A stretch of DNA of 64,000 nt from NCBI GenBank assembly GCA_020137815.1, contig CM035351.1, positions 7,378,001-7,442,000 on the forward strand. The letters are read 5' to 3'. The translations under genes and the position numbers were made by a program. Positions 34,766 to 47,316 of this stretch are shown piece by piece. The notes under the pieces are model-generated. The model made no database searches, was not told where the DNA came from, and saw only the letters and a program-made list of their open reading frames with translations. Position 1 is the first letter of the stretch; the number at the start of each line of letters is the position of its first letter. The stretch comes from Hormiphora californensis (taxonomy: Eukaryota > Animalia > Ctenophora).

Positions 34766-36884
34766 GGTGGTCAGTTTCCATATTATTCAAAATTTTCTCA
34801 GCGATGATACAACCTTCATCTGAGATCAGTTCTACACATGACCTCCCACACACAGGATATTGTGTCCCCACAACAACCTTCAATAAACGGAAGGCACCAT
34901 GACATGGAAAGGATTGTATGAGATCATTGGGAGAGGTTGTTACCCCAGTCGTAAAGAGGGTATCAGAGGGGAGTGGTTGTCGTAAAGAGAGGAAGGGGGT
35001 CATATAATATCGAGGATATCAGCTTTCTCTTTTTCATGACGTCATACCTAGTTGGTATTCCATCATTGTTTCATCATTAATGGCTTACCTTGTAATGATA
35101 ATTGTTGTGAAGATGTTTTGATGGGATAATAAGGGAATCGAATCTCGCGTTTAATGGAGAGGACAAAAGGTTGACCTCTCGTACAAATGTTATAAAAACA
35201 AGGGTAATAGTAGACTGTAATAGTAAGACTGTTAGACAACAACAACAAGAACGCTGAGACAAAAACTATGTTTGAAGTGCAAGTGGAGATGTTGGTTTTG
35301 TACCCGAAAATGATATTTCAAAACACATCACTTTTGGATTTGTCCAAATAAAAAAGCATGTCAGTGCGATTGCAATCGGAAATTGCTGTGTCGAATTGTC
35401 GACCTTGCTATACTGTTATGTTTGTTCAGGACATATTATAGTATACTGCGTGAACAAACATAACATTATCATGTCAACTCAAGAAACCCGAAGAAAAAAC
35501 ATCATAGAAATGTGCGAACTGCGAACAAGGTGCCAAAAAGTGTCAAGTTTAGAGAGAGAGAGCGAGAAAAAAAAGAGACAAAGATATAGATTAGGTAGTT
35601 GGTGGCGACACACTAAATAATCTCATATAGACAGGTGCAATAAATTAGTAGATCTTTCCAGAAACATATTCTGCCAAACACAGAGACAACATGTGAGGAA
35701 TTTCCCGAAGGACTGTCTACTTCTGGAATCTGGGTGCGCCGACCCGATCTGAGCGCACTGTCGAGTCGCTTGCTTTTGAGAATGAGGACGGGGTCTCGTC
35801 TGGTGCCGCCAGACAGTCGATGAAAATAGTTTAGTAAATCACCATCTACACGGTGGATTTATTAAGGGTGGACCTGTTGGAGATCCAAGATTTACCCTTC
35901 GTGACGAAGTTACCCCTCCCTTACCAGCGCGTGAAGGTTATAACCAAGGTTTACCCTCTTATATCTATAAATTGAACTGAACATTACCCTTTTTGACAAT
36001 TGGGTCTGAGCAACCTCCTTCTCTGTATTTGTTATTTTGTCGATGGAGCTGAATGTTTGCATAAGCACATACATCTCATTTCTCAAATTCTGATCAAATC
36101 AAAACACACACATATCTTTCAACTCAAATTGAGCTTTCTTTAGAAGTGGTATAGTCTTGTTCTTGATTTGCACCCAGTTTTGCGCACTGCCCACTGGTCG
36201 TGTCACATTTAACTATTTAAGAACTCACTACATATGCCCCCCCCCCCCCCACAAACATATACCCCTTTCTCGTGCCAATTGGTTAGAAGATTAGGAAAGA
36301 CGAGCGACATGAACCTAGTAATTAATTAATTGCAATCTGTAATGCATGTACATATCTGATACATATCTGATATTGTTTACCAACCCCTGGTTGTGATATA
36401 TTTTGAAACTATTCCATGGTAACAAATTCCCGCTGATTATAATTGTCATCCTTGCCAAAAGCTCTCTAGTGTTGAGGCAGCTCCCACGTACTATTTATTA
36501 CACGCACATGATATCCCTCACCATTATACACATGTAGCTTGTTAGTTTGATTTTATCTATATTGTACATCTGTGTACAGATTCACATGTGAACAAGTAAC
36601 ACTTATCTATCAACTTGCCCCCCTCCCCTTTTTAAAAAAGTGCTTGTCAATTCTTTCGAAACTAGAAATGGTCTGGCCAGTGGCCACGTATACACACATC
36701 AAGTGCCTATAAAGACACGTATCTTCCTTGTTACGTGGACTCTATGTTTGTGTGTGTGTAAAATATATAATACCCATGTGTGTTGTAGGAGCAACCTGCT
36801 AGAGCCTCACCAAGAAACGGGCATCCCAGAAACATGTCACTATCTCTCTCTCACTATCTTTTATATGTATCTCTCTCTCACTCT

Positions 36885-37010
<126 letters not shown>

Positions 37011-37189
37011 CCTCTCCCTCTCTCACTATCTCTCAGCCTCCATCTTATCGTGTACATTATTATACCAAGCTTTATGATGAGGAACATAGGAGTGGCGTTG
37101 GGCTATGAGTGCAACTCTTATAGCACTATCGTGTTACCTGCAAATGCTTCCATCTTTTTATTATTTAAACTATCGTTTCTCTCTCTCTC

Positions 37190-37236
<47 letters not shown>

Positions 37237-37385
37237 CTATTTCTCTCTACCACCTATATCTTTTTAACTTACATGGCACACGCGCTTACACCTATTGTTT
37301 TGACTAGCTCATCATCACATATCACTTCTCGTGTTTGACTATTGGGAACTCAGCCGCCTATAATAACCGGAGAAGAGCTACTGTG

Positions 37386-39413
37386 ATGGAAAATGAAATC
37401 TTCAATGAGCTCTTTAATACCTTCCTCTCGCCCGCTTCTACCATTGTAAGTTCTCCTTTGTTGAATAACTTACTCAGCAAGTAATGAACCAGGTTTATTG
37501 TCCGAGTACTGCTGGGCCTGCCAGGCCAATGCTCTTACAGTGCTGAGCAAGGCTCGCAATTTGTGTTGTCCAGTTTGTGTAGTTTGGGAAAGATGCACCC
37601 TGTGTTTTGTTGGCGCTTACACGCCGTGTTACAGGAGGACTGTTTGAAGAGTGTCAACTGGCTTACATCCGATAACTCATCTTCCTCTACAATGACTGGT
37701 GATAACAGACAACAACCTGAGGCAGCTGATACAACTACCAGGGTGAAGGTTGAACAGTATGATGACTCGATTATAGGAATAGATCAAGATGATGATGATG
37801 ATGACGATGATGACCAGGTATACCAGGGTTTATCATAAACCTCTCTTTACGTGTCTGTCAGGCCAATGCTCTGACCACATAACAGTTCTCTCTCACGTGC
37901 TCCGTTACTCAACAAATCTGTACATGTTGAGTAAGTCACCAAATCTTTACATGTTTGTCAACTTGTTTGTCAACTTGCTCTGTCAACTTGCTCTGAATAT
38001 TATCATTTCACTGGATATCTCTAGTTATAATTTAACAATCTTGGTATCCCAAATAAAAAATATAAAATATGTCTTATACAAATTAAAAACAACAGCAGTT
38101 TTTAAGGTCTATACACATGTTTCATGGTGCCCCACGAGGAGGCACCAATCATCAGTAGTAAAATATGTCTTACTGTTTTTGTCAAAACTTCTTGCAGTTA
38201 CCCCGAAGCCGACTGTAACTGGCCCAGTTGTATCTCGCTATAGAACCTATCTGTTGTTTCAATGTCAAATAATATTTTAGGAATGTAGTTGTTCATTTAT
38301 TAGACTTCCATCCTGACAACTTGTATGACAGATGTTACCAACCCCTCCCTACTGAACAACCCATAAGGGGAATCCGGTAGACTTTTAACCCATAACGGCA
38401 TAACTAAACATAAAGTATAAACTTTCTATTTGTGGTTACGGAACTGTACGGAAAGTAGTGAGCTCTGCAGTGCAACAACCACACACGTTCTCTCTCTATC
38501 CCTCTCTCTCTGTCTCCCCATGCCATTGTTCGAAACCCTCCATGGTACACGTATAATAATGCACACATGGTCGTGTAGCTCACGTCTCTATGCTCCTCTT
38601 TTGTACGTTTTCTGTGGTAGTCTGATAACTTCCCCCCCCCCTCATAACATCCGGAAACTTGTATACTATCGTCACGGTCTATCTATTGGAAACAATCCAA
38701 GTTTATCACTGTCAATGCTCTGACAGTGTTGAGTAATAGTAATACTCTTCTTGTATTTTAGTATTACTACCAATAGTAACAACACTCGACTCAGATCATG
38801 ATGCCGGTAGCAAAGCGACACAGAGTACACAGCAGCAGTGGCTACCAGAGTATTGATGACCCACTAGAAAACTCAATGCTATCATCAGATTCGCCCTCTA
38901 AACGCTACGATATATCACTCCTGGAATGCCTTACTAAGAGCGAGGAACGGGCTATAAAGAAGGCACGGAGGAAGATAAAAAACAAGGTAAGAAATCTCCA
39001 TTCATCCAAATTTTAATCTAGAACTCAAAATTTTACGATTTTTTTAACTTGTATGTAATATTATATCGGTACCCTGTTGTCAGTCAAAATAATGTCAAGT
39101 CATATAGGATACCCCCTAACTCTAACCTGTGTTGCAGATATCAGCTCAGGAGAGTCGTCGTAAAAAGAAGGAGTACATCGAGGGCCTGGAGAGGCGGGTA
39201 ACGGTATTTTCCTCCGTGAATCAGGACCTGAAGAGCCGGTTATCGGAGTTAGAGGAAATAAACCGGGAGATGCAGGAGAAAATAATCTTACTTACATCGA
39301 AAAGAAGAACAGTGACACAGAAACCAGTAGCTCGCCCACCACCTCCAGTACAATGTTGCACTGTGGCAACCCAGACAGATAGCATTGGACAGTTGAGGGG
39401 CAGTGAACTGTGA
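37386..39413 (+). CDS. CREB3L: CREB3/OASIS-family bZIP transcription factor
   Basis: Exons 37386-37445, 37635-37817, 38795-38986 and 39138-39413, all phase 0. LTKSEERAIKKARRKIKNK|ISAQESRRKKKEYIEGLERRV is diagnostic of the family. Confidence 0.88.
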
Positions 39414-39813
39414 ACTTTAGTCATGATATTATATCATCAGTGATTTATGGTGCTGGTCTTGTTGAGTCATGTTTGCTTGCTGGGCGAGAATATATTGTGT
39501 GAGTGAGGGATGGGGAAGTGTACCTCAAGGTACACTATCAGAACAAGAGTTTCATGAAACTTCACGTGAAACAGTTTCAGAGAAATTAAAACAGAAGAAT
39601 TTTGCTAAGTAAACGTGTTGAATAAATAAAAACAGGGCCAGATTATCAGACATATATATGTTTCACTGATCACACAGCGGCGGGGATCTATTGAGTCAGG
39701 GGTGCGGGCGTCCCGGACTCATTGTCTCTAACAGAAATCAAGAATCAGAAGATATATCTTTTAAATATTATTTGTCACACACTGCCTAAACACAATAATA
39801 CACAGCATGACAC

Positions 39814-42358
39814 TCAGGGCTTGTTATTTTCTCTTATCTGATTGTTTTCTCTGTTTTCTTTAACTTTAAAAGCAACTGTCTTCCCTACCCACGTCTCTCC
39901 CTTTTTATCCCTCCTCGGTATCGGTCGGTACTTCAGGTACCGGGGTTTCGGGAAGGCAACCTGCACGGCTGATTGGAGGATCATCTGGTGAAGTCTACTG
40001 ACAAGTAAAGGTGCCGGGCCGTCCGAGGGGAGCTTATAATAGTTACACAAATACACCAGAGATCGCTCCTTCAGTAGTAGGATATCTTGCAGTGCAATGT
40101 TTTTTAGTGGCCCTGATATTTGGTAGACTTGTTTCCGTTTATCCAAACTATCCTCCTCCGCTCCAGAGCCCTCATCATCTGCTAGACACGATGTAGTTCG
40201 TTTTCGGCCCCGTTTTCTGGAGGAGGACGAGGAGGAAGGTCGCCGGACACGCCCAGATTTACTGCTCCCGGCTGGGCCCCGGTGTTATAGGAGGGAGGAG
40301 GTGGTGGTATAGAGGTGTTTTTAGGCCACGATACGACCTGATTTTAGACCGTGTAATGCACAGAATAGGGGTGAGTTTCTTAACCTGAACCTCACACGCC
40401 TCTTGAAGATGGAACAGAGGAGAGACATGGGAAATAGGGAAGAAGGGTTCATGACCGGATGGAAATGTCTTTCTTCGTTTACTGCTCTTAGGGCCAGGTC
40501 TGCTAAAGAAGACCTTGTCCATGAATGTGGAAACAGTGTCACTGTCATCAATATCAGTTATGACGTCATCATTCAGAATGTCCGCAGGGGTTATCACATC
40601 GTCAATAAATGTCACTGCAACATCCGGTACAAGTGGTTTACTGGGGGTATTTTCTGGTAACCTCCTTTTCAGCCCAAATCCAGTCCATGGTTTCTTATTT
40701 TTTGATTGATCTCCCCATATGTTTTTTGATTGATCTTTCCGTACTTTTTTGTTTTTTGATCGACACCTCTCAACTTTCTTGTTTCTCAAAAGACCCATAT
40801 CCTCGGATTCCGATCCATATACAACTTTGTAGCCCGGTACATCCATACCGTCCTGTGGATTATCTGGTACCACATCCTCCTCGAGTATCGTAGCAACCTC
40901 ATCCGACACCTCTAGTGGGCCTCTATCCTCCAGTGAACCTCTGATATAAGAACGCGAACGGGTTTCAAGAAATTTAGGAACTTCCACAATCTCTGTGTCA
41001 GCGCCCTCCACTATTTCTGTAATGAAGGTTTCAAAAGATCCCGGTGAACTGAGTGAGCTGTCAGAACCATCATCATCATCATCATGGATACGACAATTTT
41101 TATCAATCTCTTGCAGTGGATCAAATATAGGAGGACTAGGCTGAGTAGGGGGTGATTTAGTATCCATCTCTTGAACATGATTTATTGCAGGAGATTCGGG
41201 CCGGGAGGGAGATGGCTTAGTATCCATTTCTTCGGTTGGATTTAAGGTTGGAGATCCGGGCCTGGAAGGGGATGATTTTGTATCCATATCTTGAAGAGGA
41301 GAAACATGCGGACTCGGAAAGGGGGATATTTCTGGTTCCTGCTTTGGCACTGTCCTAGGAATGATAGGTGTAGGTGGGTCATACACAGGAGATCCAGGAC
41401 ACTCCAGCATCTCATCCTCTGCTTCATTCGTGGTGGAGTCTGCAGCAGTAACTGTAATATCTGGCCGTGAATTGTTACACTCTGGAGGGTCTACTAATGG
41501 AGTCTCTTGTGGCAAATTACCCCAAATGTTGTTGAATAGGGATGCCAAGTTGGGCTTCCTCTTGCCCTCTCCTTTTATTTTGACAGGAAGCTTCGGTGGT
41601 CCTTCACTAGGAGCTTTCCGCTGAACATATTTAGCAACGCCATTCTTATTGCCAAGCGGTTTCTCAAGCAACAAATCAGCATCAACATTAATCGCTTTGG
41701 CTGTTTTGGAAAAGGAAAAGAACTGCCCCGGCTCAGCTGAGTGCCGGCTGGACTTGGGTAAGGGAGCAGTAAAGTCTTCCAAAACAGTGTCCGGGTACCG
41801 GGTACAAGATCGCCGCGAGGAACCAGTTCCATTTACAGCTGCTTTCTTTGGCTGATAGAACAAACTCCTTTCCGTTGAAGTAAAGTCGCTCGGCCCAAAG
41901 ATATCACCCGGCTGAAAAGTCTTTTGAAATTTGGTTTTGTTGCGGGATTTGGTTTTGTTGATGGGCTTGAGGGCTTCACAGGACCCTATAACGTTCTCAG
42001 CTCGAGATGGGTGTGATGATCTATCATCTAACTTTCGTCTCTTGCCTTTCTGAAATGTGAGTATGCGTTAGGGAAAAGAAATGGAGATGAAATAAATGGG
42101 GATATATCATTTTGAATGACACATGCACAGTGTACACACTATTTATTGCAGGTAGTACACAGTACACACAGAATGTACAGTCAGTACACTGAAATAAAAC
42201 ACTGAGAGTCTACATGTGGGCCCGCTTTGTTGCGCGAAGTCTGTGATGGTTGTCATGTTATTTTGTCGCCGCGCGTTACGTCACCGTATACCTGGGAGGG
42301 TTTGGTGGTCGTAGTTGTGTGCCCGTTGTTCTGGCGGTGTTTCGGAGGTCGTCCCATC
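39814..42358 (-). CDS. Low-complexity putative nuclear protein with N-terminal AT-hook-like GRPPK and C-terminal SAP-like motif
   Basis: Exon 1 MGRPPKHR...KPSQ|GT. Exon 2 from ~42049 is in frame with the 534-aa ORF. A frame change near 40260-40400 leads to LLLKERSLVYLCNYYKLPSDGPAPLLVSRL. Confidence 0.55.
41100..41320 (-). repeat. Coding 60-bp repeat (x3.5), consensus QEMDTKxxPxxPxSP
   Basis: Visible in the translation and as tatccat motifs spaced 60 bp apart (41161, 41221, 41281). Confidence 0.75.
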
Positions 42359-42608
42359 CTCTTTCTGGTAGGGTAGAAATAGAGGGTTAGAGGGATATAA
42401 AACATCTCTATACATTGAAAGAGTGCAGTCAGGGAACTATCAAGGGAGTTGTCAGTTGGCCGTTGCGGACCAAAAGTTGGTCGGCCGGCCAGCCGCGATT
42501 TGGCTCTTGAATTAAAAAAATTCTTTTCGTATACTGGATCTACACAGCTACCAAGTTTCAACTTTCACTATACCACAAACTGTGTCTACAATTTTGGGCC
42601 AATACTCG

Positions 42609-43670
42609 TTAACCACACACACCAGGTACCCAATTGCAGAGGCAAAGATTCTGTACCTGTTTATTCTCTGCTCCCTTTGAAGGGAGTCGAGAGGTTTCTC
42701 TATCAGCGATTCTCATTTTCTGTCTCCTACCCGCCAGTGCCTCGGTGAGATAATACACCCCGGGATTTACTACACACAGGAAACTGGGGAGGATAACAAA
42801 GAAGGTAGTTCCACCCCATTTAAAGGCCTCCCACTGCCAGAATGTTGGCGGGGGTAGCACCACTATCTCTGTATCGACCCTCCCCCATAATAACATGCAG
42901 CAGATAATATAGAACAGAAGGTTCAAAGTGTGAACCAAACTTCCGATATTCATCAGGATTATCCGAGTGGTAATTTTAGACCGATCCCTAGGATGGCTAG
43001 AGGATTGGTTTCCCTCGGACATTGATCCGAGATGAATGATAGTTAGAACAATGAAAACCAGGCCAACACACTGGAACATTGATGGGCAGGGAGAGATTCA
43101 TTAAGCGAGATGTTAGAGATGCAATAGGGTTGACAGATCCTTCTTCTATTTTAATGCTCGTAAAGGGATTCGTATTGTGAGTCAGTACAATCACGGGCAG
43201 CCAGTGTAGGTTGACAGTGTTAATTGAGTTGATACAACTGGTAATGACAATCTGGGCCAGGGACACACAGGAATATAGCGCAAAGAAATACTTCTTAGGT
43301 TGCTCTCTAAATGGGAATCTCAGTTGAAAGAACCGTGCGACTAGCATGACTGCAGTTAGCAGGTTAGGGATTAGGATACTACCAGTGAGAATGACGGAGT
43401 ATATCTTGTCTCCCAGGGTAGGTTCCACCATCCTCATCACTGGAGGGTGGGAGAATATAGACGATGGCTGCATAGATATGAATGATGCTGGTTGTCAGAT
43501 TTAGAAAGGCGATAATGGAGCTAGGTTACTCTATGGATGGTATAGGGAGGGCCCAGGTGCCGGTACATAACGGGTGGGTTGAGTATCACAGAGGCAAACC
43601 CACACACCATCACGAATAGAAATATTCCAAAGTCTGGAAAACTCGTTCCTCCTTCTGAATGCATGGACAT
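42609..43670 (-). pseudogene. Intronless divergent GPCR-like gene with several frameshifts or stops
   Basis: TM1 'FASVILNPPV', TM3 'LVARFFQLRFPF', TM6 'ILMNIGS' and TM7 'CVVNPGVYY' are distributed over different frames. Confidence 0.65.
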
Positions 43671-45150
43671 GGCTGCAGCTACTGTCAAACTTAGATTTAA
43701 CTATGTGCCTTTCGTACACAAATCTAGAATGGTTCCAAATCAAGAGAGTGAGAGACAGAGGGAGTGAGAAAGGGGAGGGAGAGAGTGTGGGAAAGGGATC
43801 CGTGGAATAAATATTACGAAAGCCCGCTGTATGGAAAGATATCAAACCCAAACTTGACTGAGAGAGGAACTAAGAATCTAGAAACTTGGAATTCCAACAA
43901 GCTACATAACAAGTTAGGGCTCATAACATGCCGGGTCGAAGTGAACATTACTATATGAGGGTGTGTTATAATACAAGCACAGAGGTTTTACTGGGAGCAG
44001 GTGTGTGTCTATCGTCTAATGACAAAACCCAGAAGGCACTGCCTTCAAGGCAGATCTGTAGCTGTTGTATAGGAAAGGAGAGTTCATTTCTCTGTTTCTA
44101 AGACTACAACAAACCAACGACCACAAAAGAGAGTTAACTTTAACTCGAATCGCTGAAATCTCTTAAATCTCCCACATAATTACTGGAGGCCATTTTCAAC
44201 AGGCTAGGATGCAGTAAGTATGAAATGACTCATAGTTACCACATTCTACTATACTGTCGCCCCACTGTCGCTAAGAACCTCCGCCCCAATGATAACAGAA
44301 AAAACAGAAACGAAAAAAACATCCATTAGAAAAATCTACAATTCAAACTACAAAATTGATCTCGGAGATTTAAATTTTCATTGTCTCCGGTCAAGCTTGA
44401 TCAAGTATCCTCATGAAACTCTGATACTAAAACTTGAAAATACCTTACTCTCGTTAATTAAGCTCGCATATTTCAAGAAACTTTTTTTCTAGGAAACTAC
44501 AGGTGTAAGCAATCCAAAAACAAAAAGAATTTCTTCTTTATCAAGAAACTAAACAAGTTAGGGGTGTTCTATTTTGTTGTGGTGTCTCTGAATTGTGTGA
44601 TCTACAATTGAAAAATTTCTTATAAAAAAGTTTCTTACTAAAGCGTTTCTTAAAAAACGAGAGTAAGGTAGGTGCTTGATAAAATGAAAATGCTATTTTT
44701 CAAAGCTGACACAACTCTTTTGAAACTTGGTTTTCACTATGTTTAACTCACATGATTTAGATGGGGAACGTCTTCTCGATACATGTAGGATATCCATTAT
44801 CTAGAGGGGAGTAGTGAGAGATTTAGATTGAATAAAGGAACTACAATTTCAAAGAGGGGAAACGAGGCCATTATAATATGAATGGGTCACGCCAAACTTA
44901 TAAACGTTTTGTAAAAATCAAACTAGCAATAATGAATAAGTTAAATACCTATTATATGGAAATAATTTTTTTCACCCACTCAAAAAACCTAAATACTAAA
45001 CTGGTTCAACATTTGAATACAGTTCTTCTAATATATTCCACTCGATTTTAATATTCTCTCAATCCCTGTTGATCACTTCCATGCTAATATCTAGCTCTAT
45101 CCGCCTATTCAACACACCGACTACATTTCAATTTCAGCGTCCCTAATATT

Positions 45151-46123
45151 TCAATAAACTGCCTGCTCCTTCGCTGTAAAATATTCCTTGAACGCCTCAA
45201 AAGTTGTAATGAATATTGTACACGAGGGAATAACTTTTGTCATTCGCGGAATGAGCCCCACGAACAACCCTCTAAACCCCTGCGTCTCTGTCACGTGTGC
45301 AAGTTGTTGTATCAGTCCTCGGTTCCCAACCTCACTCTCCCCAACCCCGATACTAGACTGAACTTGTGTCTTTGCAAGGTCAAAAGGATGGGAGATGAGG
45401 GTGGCAACTAACCCGCCCGTTACCGCCCCTCCCACATTGCTGAGCACAGTTCCATGGTGTGCTAGACGGAGTTTAACGCGCTCCTGTAAATACCAGTAGA
45501 CCGCTGTAAAAGGGATATCACGGAGAAGCTGGGCACGGGACCCATCCCACAGAGATCGCCTTCCATTTAATGAGATGTGCCGCTTTATTGATTCCTTTAG
45601 TTTCCCATAGTCAAGTTGATTCTCACTCTGAGCTTTGGTTCTTACCATCTCGATAGGAGAAAATACAGCTACATTGATGGAACGGGATAGCACCCCCGAT
45701 ATAGATGGAACTATAGGATGCCACTTTCTCCCTGACAAAATCCTTGCCCCTGTTTCTCATGTAGTCAAAAGAGGTAAAATAGAGAACAGCAGAGGGGACT
45801 ATCATGAGAAGGGTGGGGGTGACCCCATTCCACAGTGCAAATACCCCCTCAGTCCTTGATATCCTAACTGCTGCATCCCATGTCCCCGTGTACATTACCT
45901 TTTGACAAATTCCCCTGTATACTACTTGCGGTGGGTGGGCGTGCCCGCAACTGACACATACATCGTCCAGGACGCCCTTACAGTACCGGTAGTAACACTC
46001 CTTGTTATGGGTATGGAGAGACTGGGCGATCAGACGGGTTTTTAGGACATCAAAGGGTGTAGCTAGGAGGGCGACAAGGAGGCCCCCTGTGCCCGTTGCA
46101 ATGACGTGTTCATGGGGTCGCAT
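45151..46123 (-). CDS. SLC25A40: Mitochondrial carrier SLC25A39/40 (Mtm1/shawn family), intronless, one frameshift
   Basis: Three Px(D/E)xx(K/R)T signatures (PFDVLKT, PIEMVRT, PFDLAKT), Cys-rich loop YCKGVLDDVCVSC, and LRDIPFTAVYW. One extra base in the 4-nt run at 45737-45740. Confidence 0.85.
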
Positions 46124-46427
46124 GGTAGTGAAGTCTGATCTCTCTTATCATATCCAGCTAGCTATAACGGGGGTTAGGAAGTAGAGTTAGTATATAGGAG
46201 GAAAACAAACGTTCTCTCTCTCTCCCTCTCTCTCACTCTCTTTCTCTATCTTTCTCTCTCTCACTCTTTCTATCTATTTTGTTTGTGCGTGTCACACACT
46301 TTGTTTATCACGCAATATCACGCCACCCTCCTCTCTCTCTCTCATTTGGCCAGTAGTGGCGAGAGTTGTTACGCGACGGCTGTTACCGGAATTAGCTGTA
46401 GTCGCATCAGGAGAGACGGGAGAGAGA

Positions 46428-46516
<89 letters not shown>

Positions 46517-47316
46517 GTAAATAGGCTAGTTAATTTGTTAGCAACCCCCGCGATGCAATTTGTCTTGTTTGCTCCACACGGCAGCTTCATCTCGCGCCAC
46601 GATCACCTCATCCCAAGCATGTCCTGAAATGATCTAACACTTTCGTCTCTCTATCTCTATAGAATCTATCTCTCTATCTCTCTATCTCTCTTTCTCTCTC
46701 TTTCTCTTCCTGTTTAAATATCGTGTGATCATCATTGAATCGATGTGTTTTGAGGCAACAGTTGGCCACTGCCCCACCTTTCTTAACTCAACAGCACGAG
46801 GACTATTACGGCAGTTTGTTGAAGGGGAGTAACCCCTCTTCCTGGGTCTAAATTTTATCTAACTGCCCAAAATCCAAATTTGTGTCAGATAAGGACATGT
46901 CTTATTATTATTATTATCTAAACTTTTGGACTCAATCTTTGCTGAGCGGCCGGCTTTCTCTAGTTTCTGCAGCTGCTGCAACTCCTAACATTCCTCCCTT
47001 TATAATTAGCAATAACAAGAATCCAACAAGTAATATATTCCTGCCACGAGTGTTGGATGTCTAAATAGGATTAGGAGATAGGAAGAACAAAATAAAACAG
47101 AGGAAGAGTGATTTTATCCCTGCCTTCTCGCTGCTGCTCCTGCGACATGTTTATACTGCTGACTCTCTTCGCTAACTTAGTTCACCAAATAGAAGGTATC
47201 GCGTGTTTGATATTTACATCTTGATCCCTCTGGATTGATCTTCATTTGATATTATATGGATCCCTTTGAACACTGAAGTATATCACATGTAGAACAATAT
47301 ATCACTTCTCTCCACA

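Noticed and set aside
34713-35003. Host gene disrupted by the LINE insertion
   Set aside because: Rejoining the flanks gives only a short ORF with no recognisable similarity.
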